NCBI GenBank assembly: GCA_030141605.1
Contig: JAQGDQ010000782.1
Location: 1 to 64,000 of the forward strand
From: Tubiluchus corallicola
Taxonomy: Eukaryota; Animalia; Priapulida
Direction: 5' to 3'
Length of the DNA stretch: 64,000 nucleotides
A program made the position numbers and the translations under genes. Positions 16,566-62,028 of this stretch are shown in pieces. Within the stretch, counting starts at the first letter, position 1. Each line of letters opens with the position of its first letter. The notes beneath the pieces were generated by a model. That model did no database searches and was not told the origin of the DNA. It saw only the letters and a list, made by a program, of their open reading frames with translations.

Positions 16566-17128
16566 AAGCATTTTCAGGGTTTCGCCGTGTGTGCACGCGC
16601 AGTTGCTGTAGGTCAAAGGTTAAGTATACCACAGCAACGCGTCTTAACTACAACCGTCACGCGGCGCCTGTGTAAAGCAAAGTCGTCTTGGGCACGAGTT
16701 CAGTAACTTCAGTTGTTTTACGTTCAGTTTACATAATTATACATTAGTCTGTGCGTAGAGTGATTTACTAGCAGGATCATGTTTGGAAACAAGAAAAAAT
16801 GAACTAGGTAAGATTCTAGCTAGCTGTTAAAGCTGTTACTATTACAACTAGGTAAGATTCTAGCTAGCTGTTAAAACTATTACTATTACAACTAGGTAAG
16901 ATTCTAGCTAGCTGTTAAAACTATTACTATTACAACTAGGTAAGATTCTAGCTAGCTGTTAAAACTATTACTATTACAACTAGGTAAGATTCTAGCTAGC
17001 TGTTAAAACCGTTGCTATTACAACAGCATGGGCTGCGAGGCGTTGTCAAGTGTACATAAATGTGTCCTCTGGTAACCTTTGACCTTTCCACGATCATCAT
17101 CAATCGCTGGAACAATGAAAAGACTTAC
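16566..17128 (+). mobile_element. MITE family D copy with internal 44-bp tandem array (16803-17020)
   Basis: ACTAGGTAAGATTCTAGCTAGCTGTTAAAACTATTACTATTACA about 5 times. Confidence 0.75.
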
Positions 17129-19434
17129 TGAAAGCATTTTTGCCAAAATACCAGAGAAAAATTCGATTGAACCGACTTTCGTTGCATAATTTCCGACAAA
17201 GTTTTAATGTAATTATTAGTGATAAGTGGCTTTATGGATCCAGCCGTCCAACATATAGAAACGTCCAGGATAGGATTTTGTGTGTTGTAACAGTTGCTGA
17301 GCAAAAGAGGGCCCACGCCTCTTTGGCCCACCCCCTAAATCCGCCACTCACATCTGTCTATATCTATGTCTTTATGTATGATTTTCATAAGACAGTATTG
17401 AATCTTTATGTAAGCTTGTTTTGTCTACTGATCTAAGATTTAAAACGTTTAATCGTAATTGTTATAAGTAATGTTACATCTATAGTACGTCTGGTAAAAT
17501 ACCTTTGACCTGATTCAACTTTATCAACATTAGTCGGGCTCCCTCCACACAGGTGAACAATATTCTACTATTGATCTAAATGTAGTTTTATAACGTCTTA
17601 ATTATTTCAATTTTAAATTATATCTCAAAGGATTTTCCATGCAAAGTTATAATACTTAGCACTACGTTTACCTGTTTGAAACACTTGGGTAATTGAATAA
17701 GGAAATTCGCGCCACCTGATAAAACGGCGCTCTCATCGCCGCCTTCCCAGTGTGCACTACTGGCTCACCAAAAACACGTCATTGATCTTATTGACAATGT
17801 AAAGTAAAAAAGTGCTCTGAGTACTCAATATTATTTGAACTTGTCTCAAACGATCTACAGCTAAAATGGCTGCGCCTAAAGGTCATTGCAGGAGTTAAAT
17901 TTACACGTTTTATACAGCGTTACTTTAACGCAAACTCTGAATGCAATAAGACAGCATGTAAGAGGTAGAAAATGTCAAATCAAATTTTTTAAGCTTCATT
18001 CACGGAAGAGTGTTTTCTTGTGGCTACACTGGTATTTATTTAGTCATAAACTCTGAGTTGAACTTTTGGACTCAACCGTCTATTATGTAAATTTCTGTCA
18101 AGTACGGGAAACCGTCGGGAAACCGGAAACGTTTGTTCTGGAAATTTCACTAGGTCATAATTGGGCATAATTTTGTCAAATTAAAAATATCCAATCTTCC
18201 TGTGAACGGGATCCATACGTATATTTATGGCACATATTTTCGATTTGCGCTAGTCTGGCATAGTTTGGCATAGTCTGTTATAGTTTTGCATAGTTTGGCA
18301 TAGTATAACATAGTTTGGCAAAGTTTGGCATAGTCTAACATAGTTTGGCAAATGTCGTAGTTTGGCATAGTCTCCCTAGTCTTATATTCTCTTTTGCTTA
18401 CCGAGCGGCTCCATTGTCGTCCAATGTGAATCTAGACATCAAAATTTTCTCATTGTTTTCCACATTGCTATCATGTCATCAATACTTTGACGTCATTCTG
18501 TTTTTCTTTGGTAAATAAACCTTTTCACAGTTTCGTTGTGCGCGCGCATAGGTGAAAAGTTAAGTGTATAAAAGGAACGCAACGCGTCTCGACTACAACC
18601 GTCACGTGGCATGTTGGTAAACCAAAGCCTTCTGCTACATCAGTTCAATAACTTCAGTTGTTTTACGTATACTTACTTTACTTAATTATGCACTAGTATG
18701 TTCATAGAGTGATTTACTAGCAGGATTTTGCTTGGCAACAAGAAAAAATGAAGTAGGTAAGGTTCTTGCTCGCTGTTAAAACTTAACGACTGTAATGTAT
18801 TAGTTCATGAATTATGCTATGATTACATAATTTTAAATAAACTGCTTTACAAAGGAATTTCTCGAATGCTCTCGATTAAACACTGTTTAAACTTCTATGG
18901 AGATATGAATTTGTTTTTCAGATATCTGAGTTGAAAAAACATACATAATTTCTTCACAAATCCATTCCCTGCATTGTAAATTTTATAATAATGCTCTACT
19001 TTAGACGATGAATTGAAAAATACTACTGTCCACAGTTTTATTGCTTCGTGAAATATGTTTGATGACATTGTATCTGAAAATTCAATACCGATCGTATAAC
19101 CTAATAAAAGTTTTAGTTTATTTTTTCCTTGAAACCAACATTTGCATCTAGTATTAGTACAACAAGCAAAAAATCAATAAACGTGTAGTTACCACCCTTG
19201 TAACGTGAGAAGAACACTAATTATCTCTGTTTCGTAATTAGCCTTTCAGTGTTGTTAACAAACATAATAACAGTGTTAGTAGAGTTACCTAAAACAAGGT
19301 CAATGTATGAAACTACCATATTGTCTAACTGTTGTCTAATGGCAGACTATCGTGCGTAAGGCAAGGTTTTCTTCAAATAAGCCACTGTGATTATGTATAT
19401 TTGCTAAAGCATGATCTATTTTGGAAAGTTTACA

Positions 19435-19890
19435 TTTCAAACGTATGTTATTTTCCTGACGTGACGTGTACAAGATTTTTGTGGAGGACAAAACAAGAGA
19501 GAGTTGTTGTTTATTTGTCCTGATGCAATCGCCATGGCAACGTCTAATTTTAAACGTATGTTATTTTCCTGAGGTGACGCATACAAGATTTTTTGTGGAG
19601 GACAAAACAGGAGAGAGTTGTTGTTTATTTGTCCTGATACAATCACCATGGCAACGTCTAATTTTAAACGTATGTTATTTTCCTGACGTGACGCATACAA
19701 GATTTTTTGTGGAGGACAAAACAGGAGAGAGTTGTTGTTTATTTGTCGTGATACAATCACCATGGCAACGTCTAATTTTAAACGTATGTTATTTTCCTGA
19801 CGTGGCGTGTACAAGATTTTTTGTGGAGGACAAAACAAGAGAGAGTTGTTGTTTATTTGTCCTGATACAATCACCATGGCAACGTCTAAT
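19435..19890. repeat. 114-bp tandem repeat x4
   Basis: Unit starts AAACGTATGTTATTTTCCTGA; 38-aa periodicity in the ORF track. Confidence 0.9.
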
Positions 19891-20317
19891 TAAACTGAGG
19901 GTATATGACTACAATTATATTGAACTAATTAGCATTATAACTGAACATTTTGCGTTTCTCTTTTGGTAAGATGTAGGTCTTGACATTGCCAATGGCTTTA
20001 TTTAGTAACTTCTAAACTTAAGAGGTTATCAAAAAGTTTTATAGACTTTGTTACGCAGTAATATTTTTGACTTTTTCTTTCTTTCCTCACTTTCTTTTTT
20101 TACTTTTCTTTTAATTTTTTTTTTGTTTTTTTTGCTTGTTCTTGCTTTTTTCTTGCCTCTTTTTTCCCTCTTTCTTTCTTTCCTTTATCAATTTCCATTT
20201 TTTAGTTTTTTTTATATTGCTTACTTTTTCTTTTTGTCCTTTGTTTTTCGTTTCCTTCTTTTTTCTTGATATCTTTTTTTGAATAATTCTTTACTGTTTC
20301 TTTTCTTTTAATTTAAT

Positions 20318-20447
<130 letters not shown>

Positions 20448-20482
20448 ACAGTAATAGTAACAGTGACAGTGGCAGGGACAGC

Positions 20483-20534
<52 letters not shown>

Positions 20535-21108
20535 GCAGCAGCAGCAACATCATCAACAACAATAATAATAATTTACTTTTTTACTTTGTTGATTCATTGG
20601 TCGGTCAGTCGGTTAATGCGTGTTTAGGTAAACTATCGATCACTCATTAGATGTTTACTTATTATTGCCACTTTGTTTGTTTGTAAAGCAAATAAAAAAC
20701 AAACAAAGTGACAATAATGAGTAAACATCTAATGAGTGATCGATAGTTTACCTAAAAACAACAATCATGTGATCATTTGTTGTTTTCCTTTCGTCAGACA
20801 TTCACATTCTTGCGACACGCTCGTGTGGTAGCTTGAATTGTTTAGTAAATTTCAAAATTAGTAAAACAAAGAAACAGAACGAATCCCGTGCTGCATTGTG
20901 GGTACAGCAGTCATTCGACACACAACAATGGTAAATTGGGTTCATCCCGTATCTAAACACGCACAGTAATTACAAGCTTACAGTTCACGTTTTCTGTGCC
21001 GGGTTGGGCTTAGTGTCAACAACCCCTAGACAGGCTCGTAGTTAACGGTATAATAGTAATCCCCCTTGACTTGATCAAACAACACTGCCTTGCGAGGGGG
21101 TGATCAAT

Positions 21109-21931
21109 AAGGGTGAGCATCGAATGCTCGAATTCGATTTGAATGAGCTTTTTTAGTCGAATTCGGTTCGAATCTAAAATTCTATATTCACATAATTCCG
21201 GCACTTCAACTACGTACGTTCTTTAGTTTAAACATAATTTATTACAGGATTGGATCAGACAGTTTGAACAACATGATTTAGGATCCTCACCACAACGGAG
21301 TTTATACACTATTTACAAAAACATTTACAGTAAGATTAGACTATAACTACACAAGCTGACAAGTTTTACTACAAGATTACATTGGACATTAGTAGAAAAT
21401 GACGGTTAGAAAATATTAATGTACGAATATTTAAGACTGAGGCATTTCATATCAGATAGAAACTACTGGAAGCGTTTAGTACGTAATATAAAGTCATGTA
21501 TGCATTGGAATATTTTACAGTTAGCAACATAGTTAAATTCATCTTTACCGAATAATAACAACTTCAACAGATCATTAGTTCCTAAGGTAGTTATATTAAG
21601 GTTTTCGGGCAGAAGTATTTGGGCAGGCGTACATTCTTTATCATTAAAACGTTTGAAACATCGTGCAGTCAGCACACTTTAGCTATGATTTCTGTGTACA
21701 AATTTTTAAAGAAATTATCAATGGTTTTACTGCAGAGCAAAATCGAGCAATATGCACGATCTTTGTAAAATCGCCTTTTACTGGTGGTTCCAAAACTTGT
21801 TCGAAAATCTTTCAAACTCAGTTCGAATCCGATTCGGATTCGAATACTAAAATTCGGTTAAATTCGAATTCAAAAGTCACAAATTCGATTCGATTCGAAT
21901 TCGCTATGTGGCAGAGAATGTTCACCCCCTA
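21109..21931. mobile_element. TTCGAA-rich MITE containing a nested LINE 3' fragment (21226-21627, minus); uninterrupted copy at 42560-42965
   Basis: AGGGTGAGCAT...ATGTTCACCCCCT termini; LINE C-terminus LLFG..N..IF..FILRTKRF. Confidence 0.75.
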
Positions 21932-22199
21932 ATGACCAAGGTACAATCATTCAGAAAAATTGCAATAATCTTCAATTTAAGAAAAAATTATCTTAGTGTA
22001 GCAATTAAAGGAAAGCGGATTATTAATTTGAAACGAATTTTTTGACTTTTCAGAAAACAAGAAAGAGGAACAGAAACCGAGGAGGCGATTTGAAGGAGAA
22101 CCTAGAGGAAAAGGAGGTAAAATGGGTTTTGGATATAATTTGGAATAGTACAATGCACCGATATGGTACAACACAGTACAGTGCAGTACAAAACAAAGA

Positions 22200-22450
22200 C
22201 GTATAGATGCACAGTATCTGTTTTTTGTCCAATGCTTTTCAGAAATGCAGGCGCTAGTGCCTGTCTAAATAGCGAATGACGAAATGCATGTAACAGCGAA
22301 GAACTAGTGGCGCGAACGTGAAATTGTGTTTGTGTGGTAATAATTCTTTCATGTAAATCATTTTTGAAAAAATAGTCCGTGTACTTTCAGTATTTTAACG
22401 AATAGATTGTTTTAACCTGCAGTTTAACATTGGGTCCGGTTTTGCTTTAA
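22200..22450 (+). mobile_element. MITE family A 3' half
   Basis: Ends GGGTCCGGTTTTGCTTTAA. Confidence 0.75.
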
Positions 22451-23329
22451 CTTTGAAAATAGCGAAAGCAGAGAAAACACTTCCACTGATGAATTTTCAC
22501 TTTCACTTTCACTGAGTTACCTCTTCACCAAATGAGTTAACAACTTTAGTTCACTGACTTTTGAAGTTAACAGCAAGTGATTTGTCTTAAAACACGACAG
22601 GTGTTTCTTTGTGTTGAAAGACGAATTAACCCCCCCGGCCAAAATTAACTTCAGATCTTTAACTTCAAAGTTGCGTTAATACAGCAGAAAAACAATCAAC
22701 TTCAAATTCCAACCTTCAAAGAGTTTCCTTTTTCGGGAAACGTTTTGGTGCTTTTAACCCTTAGCCGACAAAGGTTGGGTGAAAATTTACCCCAACAGAC
22801 TTTGTTAAACTGCAACTCAGGAACGAGAAACAGATTTAGAAAAATCTTAAAAATAACATGGTCATGAATCATCTCAAATGAGCAGCTGTACAATGAGAAC
22901 CAAAAAAGGAGCACTATGAACTATGATATTGTACTGAACATCCCTTTCACACAAAATGTAAGTTTCTGTTGAAGCCAAGTTATGCATCTGGCGTGTATAA
23001 AAGCGATCGTCTCTGCTCTTTTACTGGTCCAGTTAGTGTAATCCACGTCAGTGTAAACTCTATTTCATCATTATTTTTGAATCTACTTCATATAATTTGC
23101 CAATAAAGGTATCGTTTTTCTTACACATCATTCTGTTGGTTTGTGGATGGATGTCGGAAGAGTTATAGACTGCTTGGTCTCCGCTGCTGGTACTGAACCA
23201 ACCTGGGTAGTTTTAGCCTTCGTCTGCGAGGTGCCGTCTGCAGTTCAATATTTTATTTCAAACATAAAACTAAAACACAGTTACAAAAGTAATATTATCA
23301 ATGAGCAACTTGGTTTGTGTGAGGGGAGT

Positions 23330-23820
23330 GTAAGATCAAGTGATCGTTTACTATTGTTCCTGTGATACTATAGTTAAGTTTGGTCTCAGCTGTTGTAAAG
23401 CTTTACTAATTCTTGATGTCCAAGTTGTTTTACCTGGAGGTCGTTTAGTAGGTTTCAGTGCCTCGTTTAATGCTAATCTTACTGGTGTTGTTTCTGGCAA
23501 TCTCATTAAATGTCCTACCCATCTTAGTCTTCTGATTCTGATTTTAGTGCTCCAATGTTTAATGCTAATCTTACTGGTGTTGTTTCTGGCAATCTCATTA
23601 AATGTCCTACCCATCTTAGTCTTCTGATTTTGATTTTAGTGCTCCAATGTTTAATGCTAATCTTACTGGTGTTGTTTCTGGCAATTTCATTAAATGTCCT
23701 ACCCATCTTAGTCTTCTGATTTTGATTTTAGTCCTCCAATGTTTAATGCTAATCTTGCTGGTGTTGTTTCTGACAATTTCATTAAATGTCCTACCGATCG
23801 TAGCCTTTTGATTCTGATTT
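23330..23820 (-). mobile_element. RTE-clade LINE C-terminal fragment with 92-bp x4 tandem amplification
   Basis: RRLRWVGHLMRLPETTPVRLAL..KRPPGKTTW; units at 23466, 23558, 23650, 23742. Confidence 0.8.
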
Positions 23821-24629
23821 TATTCTCATCATAAATACTACTGTTGCTATCCTCTTCAGTTTTGCTTGTAAGTCGCCATATCAAATTATTGATTAATTCA
23901 GTTTAAGTTAATCCTAATTTCTTACTACTAATAATCAGTCTTGCTACATTAATATAATAATAATAGTTACATAATTCTTCTTTAGTAATATAAACTAAAA
24001 ATAACTCGAATTTTTTTATCTTGCAGTTGGCAAAGCACAACCAGTGAACATAAACAGTTATGAAGAACCAACCGACTCACACGAACAAGTGAAATCTGCC
24101 TCAACAAAAGTTGGATTTTCAGAGACACTTTTATTCTGTGCAACAATATCAGTCGTTCTAAGCAGACTTTGAACAACACATACAAGTTCAACGAGTTCCT
24201 ATCAGCTAACAGTGTCGTTTTCCCAGAACCGAGGAACAAGTTCTGTGATGTAATAAACTAAAGCTTCGTATTAGAGCAGTCTGACGTTTTAGTGACAGCA
24301 GAGGTAGATGAAATCACTGTGAAATTCTCATGCTTAGCAGAAATGACGTAAAGCCCAGTAACATAGTTCATAACTCATGAGAAATTCATAACAGATCGTT
24401 TATTCTCTGTAAAACTTGGTACAAAAATGTAAAAGTTTAAACTAGTTAAATTAATTAAAAAATAACGGACTTTGGTGTGAAAACGCCATAAGTGGTAAAA
24501 GTGCAGTGACTTTGTAATAATAACTATAATTTAGAGTGCAATGGCGTTATAAAGGGCCGTAAAACAGTAAAAACCATAATAATTATACATAAATCGATGA
24601 AATATCATTATAGAATAATAACCATCTTA

Positions 24630-56496
<31,867 letters not shown>

Positions 56497-56899
56497 TGTC
56501 AATATCACCGTCACAGTTTACAGTTGCAATACGAAGCTGCCAATTGACGGCAAATCTTTGTTTCCGGTTAAATTTCCTGCGTTGTTTCCTGCTCGGATCT
56601 AAATTTACGCTACAAGTTACTCAGAACCTGCTGTTCCGTACACAGGAGCTGACCAAGCCCATTTTTTGCACGAATTTGAGTTTTTTAGCTGTAAGAAATA
56701 TCTCAAAACTTCAGTGGTTTGCCCAGAGACGTTCTGTCTTTAATATTCGAACATTCTCACTTATTTAATTGTCTTTTGTTTCCAAGAAACGTTACCCAGC
56801 ATTCCGTTGTACAGTGTTGACATTGTTGAGACAATAAGTTCAAATTTCCTTATTGTTCTTTCTTTTCTTCATTCCACCTGTTGTAAGCATTGAGGCATC

Positions 56900-57260
56900 A
56901 ACATTTATTAGAGAATTCCACCCACTTCTACCTGCAGCTAACAGCATAAGTTCTTCCACTCCTAATGATAGATTTCGTTGAAGTTGTTGAACATCCTTAT
57001 TTACCTTAGCTATCCAAGTTGTTTTTGGTTTGCCAGGTGGTTTTTTTGAAAGATTTTAAGGCTTCCTTTAAGGCGATTCTTACTGGTGCTTTATTTGGTA
57101 ATCTTTGAAGATGTCCTAGCCATCTTAATCTTCGGATCTTGACTTTTGAACTTCATTAAGTTTTTTTAGTTCTAGTGTATAAATCTTCATTTTTAATTAT
57201 GTATAGCCATCTCATGTTTAAACAAGCTTTATTATTGTCACGTTTGGGTTGCTGATTTGT
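56900..57260 (-). mobile_element. RTE-clade LINE C-terminal fragment
   Basis: RRLRWLGHLQRLPNKAPVRIAL..KPPGKPKTTW. Confidence 0.75.
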
Positions 57261-57319
57261 TTTTTTATGTTTTAAGTTTACACAACAAAAATTTTGATTG
57301 CTACACACACAGTTATTGA

Positions 57320-58022
57320 ATCCAGGTAAATAAGTCACAGGTAAAAAGTCACAGGTTAAAAATCAATGGTAAAAAGTCACAGGTAATAAAGTTACAGGGA
57401 AAAAGGAAACAATTCTTGACTTTAACTCTTCACCCTATCTCCTAATTCTAACCATACACAAAATTCTGTGACTTTTGTCCTGTGCCTTTTTTCCTAGGCG
57501 AAATTGTGACTTTTCCTGTGACTTTTTCCTAGCCAAAATTGTGGCTTTTTCCCCCGTGACTTTTTCCTAGCCAAAATTGTGGCTTTTAATGTGACTTTTT
57601 TTCCTAGCCAAAATTGTGACTTTTCCTGTGACTTTTTCCTAGCCAAAATTGTGACTTTTTTTCCTGTGACTTTTTCCTAGCCAAAATTGTGACTTTTTTT
57701 TCCCGTGACTTTTTCCTAGCCAAAATTGTGACTTTTTTTTCCTGTGACTTTTTCCTAGCCAAAATTGTGATTTTTTTCTGTGACTTTTTCCTAGCCAAAA
57801 TTGTGACTTTTTTCCTGTGACCTTTTCCTAGCCAAAATTGTGATTTTTTTCTGTGACTTTTTCCTAGCCAAAATTGTGATTTTTTTCTGTGACTTTTTCC
57901 TAGCCAAAATTGTGACTTTTTTCCCGTGACCTTTTCCTAGCCAAAATTGTGATTTTTTTCTGGTGACTCTTTTCCTCGCCAAAATTGTGACTTCTTTCCA
58001 GTGACTTTATTACCGGTCACCC
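57320..58022. mobile_element. MITE with inverted AAAAAGTCACAGG subrepeats; right arm expanded into a ~38-40 bp array (57465-58015)
   Basis: Left GGTAAAAAGTCACAGG repeats, right CCTGTGACTTTTTCCTAGCCAAAATT repeats. Confidence 0.7.
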
Positions 58023-58266
58023 AATTATCTTCTACGACTGCCCCAGTTGTTTCATTTTTGTTTCACTTTTTACAAAAACCAGAGTTAATATTTGCCTGCC
58101 TTGCGTATAATTTGTCATAAATACTGAACGACAGAAACATTTCAGCACAGAGTTTAAGTGTTAAGTCTTAACACTGTTAAAAAACTAATTAAAAACAGTG
58201 AAGTGGCATGATGAGATAAACCGCACAATTATTAAATTTTAAACTTAGATAAATTTTAATTCAAAT

Positions 58267-58894
58267 TTAAAGGCAGACAGGATGATTTTTCATATACACT
58301 ACCCCATTTTCAAGTAAGGTAAATAGTATACATTTTAACACCAATAATACTGCAAAAACGTTTCTGTTAATTAAATAATAGATTGAAATTTTAATTAACG
58401 GCCGGGGAGCCCAACTTTTGATGACATCACAAACGAACACAATTTCCATCGCAAAAATATTCCACGAGCGTGTTGCACGTGTCTGCAAAAGCAAAAATTG
58501 AAGTACAGTGCTAGCGTAAGATATTCAGTGTGTTGTACTAAAATTAGGCAAGTTTTAAGATTAAAATTGAAATTTAAAATTTACCGCTGCACTCACGCAT
58601 AAGCTGTTGAACATGTGTGGTTCATCACAAACTAACACATCTGAGTTGAGACCCACAGTATCTGTTTTTTGTGCAATGCATTTCGGAAATGCAGGCGCTA
58701 GTGCCTGTCTAACTATCGAATGACGAAATGCATGTAACAGCAAAGAACTAGCAGCGTGAATGCGAAATTGTGTTTGTGTGGTAATAATTCTTTCACGCAT
58801 GTCGTTTTTGAAAAAATGGCATGTTTCCTTTTAATATTTTAAAAAGTGCATTGCTTCGACCTACAGTTTAAGATTGGGTCCGGTTTTGCTTTAA
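58267..58894 (+). mobile_element. Kolobok-like MITE family A, full copy
   Basis: TTAA-AGGCAGACAGG...CCGGTTTTGCT-TTAA; TTAA target and AG..CT termini; at least 9 copies in the window. Confidence 0.8.
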
Positions 58895-58989
58895 GTTTGA
58901 GTTATCCAAACTTTCTAAAGAAAGGAAGGTAAAAATGGCACATGTAAAAATGGCACATGTGTGTTTTGACTCAAATAATTACTATAACA

Positions 58990-59875
58990 AAACTGGGGTG
59001 CGCTCAGTAGGAAGCAGACCTCCGCCAAGGTCAAAAAATCCTAAACATGTTCATCTGATTATTTTCATAAAAGAAAGATACAAAATTATACCTGTATAAG
59101 CATTATATACCCAACAAATAATAATTTATCATCAATAATGCACGAACATTCCACATATAGTGTTTGTACCTCTCTAATACGTTCACCTGTTGCTTAACGA
59201 ACCTTTTGACAATTTCAAAGACACTTTGTAGGCTTCAGTGTATTACAATTGCACATCAATGATGCGCGAACATTCCACATATAGTGTTTGTACCTCACTG
59301 ATACGTTCACCTGTTGCTCAACTAAGCTTTTGGCAATTTCAAAGACACTTTGTGGGCTTCAGTGTATTACTATTGCACATCAATAATGCGCGAACATTCC
59401 ACATATAGTGTTTGTACCTCACTGATACGTTCACCTGTTGCTTAACTAAGCTTTTGGCAATTTCAAAGATACTTTGTGGGCTTCAGTGTATTACAATTGC
59501 ACATCAATGATGCGCGAACATTCCACATATAGTGTTTGTACCTCACTGATACGTTCACCTGTTGCTTAACTAAGCTTTTGATAATTTCAAAGACACTTTG
59601 TGGGCTTCAGTGTATTACTATTGCACATCAATAATGCGCGAACATTCCACATATAGTGTTTGTACCTCACTGATACGTTCACCTGTTGCTTAACTAAGCT
59701 TTTGACCATTTCATTGTGGGCTTCAGTGTATTACTATTGCACATCTATAATGCGCGAACATTCCACATATAGTGTTTGCACCTCACTAATACGTTCACAC
59801 GTTGCTTAACTAAATTTTTGACAATTTCAAAGACACTTTGTGGGCTTCAGTGCATTACAATTGCATTGCATTACA
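58990..59875 (+). repeat. 124-bp x6 tandem array (59130-59870) inside a Helentron/HINE-like element
   Basis: Starts GCGCTCAGTAGGAAGCAGACCTCCGCCAAGG; units at 59130, 59254, 59378, 59502, 59626, ~59743; single-copy core also at ~48210. Confidence 0.85.
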
Positions 59876-60093
59876 ACAACGGTATGGTTAATATGAACAT
59901 AGACTTGACAGTCAGCCTGACATCTCGTATCAAGTGACAGAAATTTGTTATTAAAACTGCGATGCGCAAGACGTGGGATGACGTTACCTGCAGGTGAATA
60001 CACAGGTATAAAATAAGCGCTCGAGTGGAAGACATACTCATGACGAGAGCGCAGTAAATCAAGCCGAATTGAAATCAACAGATCAGCACAGCT

Positions 60094-60311
60094 ATGCCGT
60101 TCATTGCTTTGTTCATCGCGTGTATATTTGCGCCTTGTTTTGGAAGAGTTCAAAGTTTGAATCATCATCTTCGCGCCCACGTGGCCGTCGTATTGAACAA
60201 TGTTAGCGAACCGGCCAGGAGCAGTGCTATTGGTTTTGCAGGGTTCATGCCAGCGATTGAGTTAGCCTTGTCGAAGAAGCAAAGATATTTATCAGATGAT
60301 GTTGAAGTCAG
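60094..60311 (+). CDS. First coding exon of a probable natriuretic peptide receptor / receptor guanylyl cyclase (ANF-receptor domain start)
   Basis: Signal peptide MPFIALFIACIFAPCFG, HVAVVL strand and MPAIELAL motif, donor AG|gtaatt (phase 2). No convincing later exons in the window. Confidence 0.7.
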
Positions 60312-61039
60312 GTAATTAATGCTTTTGATTACAGCATCAATTTTATAATTACTGCATCTGATACTAATTACACAGACTCAACTTTCATCTACCCCCGCCC
60401 CTGACTCCATAAAACGATTAAAAATGTAAATTTAAAAAAAAATGTAATGTAATACGTGTTATGTTAGTTTTGTAATGTCAAATGTATAAATAGTGTAAAT
60501 GTAATGAGTGAAATTTATGTAATGTAAAGCATGTTTCTGTTAATTGTGTCATGTTAAATGTATATATAGTGTAAAATATGTCATGTAAAATTTAATGTAC
60601 TTTTGTAATATTGTTTTTGTAAAAATATTTTAATATTGTGTTTGTAAATATGTTCATTTATTGTATATAATTAGGCCCTTAGTTTTGCACTTTAGTTTTT
60701 TTAGTCAGCACTGGACGCATTTGTCTTGAACAGTGTTGTTATCTTAACATTACGCTGAGGATTACTCAATTTTATTATAATGTGTGAACAATTTTAATGA
60801 TAAATAAAGAATTAATATATATATATATAATCACGATTTTTTTCATTAGCACGCAAACTAGAAGTTCATTTGTCATCATTACAACCAAAAGGTTGAACTA
60901 AAATGCAGCATAAAATGACAAAACATCAAAATTTTTATTAAAGAATAAGCAAGATAATTACAATTGTCACAGAGACGTGGAGCTCAGACAGGTAAAAGCT
61001 TTTTCATCATAGAATACTGTATTAGGAAATGGAAGATGT

Positions 61040-61860
61040 AAATTAATTTGTTCATTAGCATTAGAACGCGGTGTTCACGATACGTTACTTCGTATTAAAA
61101 GATCAGTAAGGTACGCAGGTGCCAAACCATGTAGTATTTTGTAGGTGATACAAAGAATTTTAAATTGAATTTGGAACTTTATCGTCGTCGTCGTCATCGT
61201 CATCATCGTTACTGCTAATTGACCAGCAAGAAAAAAAATATTTAAATTAAACGCTGCCTCGAAGGCAGATAAAAATTCCCATCCAGCAATCTCAGCAATG
61301 AGGCAAGTTTTGCGTGAAGACGACCTATCGAATTTCTCCCAGTTGCATAAGATAAAAACACAGCAATATCGTAGTAAATCTTCACTGTAAAACATCGTCC
61401 AACCACAAAAGACATTTACAGATTAGCTATGAAAGCCTCAAAGTGCACTTTGAGAACATAATCTGAATGGCAAAAAAAGACCAGTTATCACTCACCTGGG
61501 AAAATCTACATGCATAACAAACCAACAGGTCCTACGTGCACTACTTTTCACTCTGATTTGCTCTAGAAGTGATGTAGCAATTACTAGAGATGCAGTGGGT
61601 CCGATTTCGCATCTGAAGATCCGGTAACTTTAATGGATCCAAGTCCGATCCGTCTCCGATGTAAATTATTTTGTTGATTAGCATTAGAACGAAGTGTTCG
61701 GGATTTGTTGCTGTGTATTAGAAGATCAGTAAGGTATGCAGATGCCTAACCATGTAGTATTTTGTCTTTGATACAAACAATTTTAAATTGAATTCGAAAC
61801 TTTATCGGCAACCAATGTTACTTTCTTAAAATGGATGTAATATGATATATATGTATGTTG
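61040..61860 (-). mobile_element. Two L2/CR1-like LINE C-terminal fragments (61040-61180, 61660-61860)
   Basis: IQFKILCITYKILHGLAPAYLTDLL motif, duplicated. Confidence 0.7.
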
Positions 61861-62028
61861 GAGATTAGCTAAAATTGGAGCATTTGCCTAGTCTTCATTC
61901 GGAAGAATTATTTTCAATGATGGCTTTTGAAATGTTTCTAACAAATCAGAGATATTTTGGGAGAGAGATGAGTGCAAAACCTGTCAAGCGAATTCAAAAG
62001 TTGGCTTAATCAAAGTTCAGTACATTTG

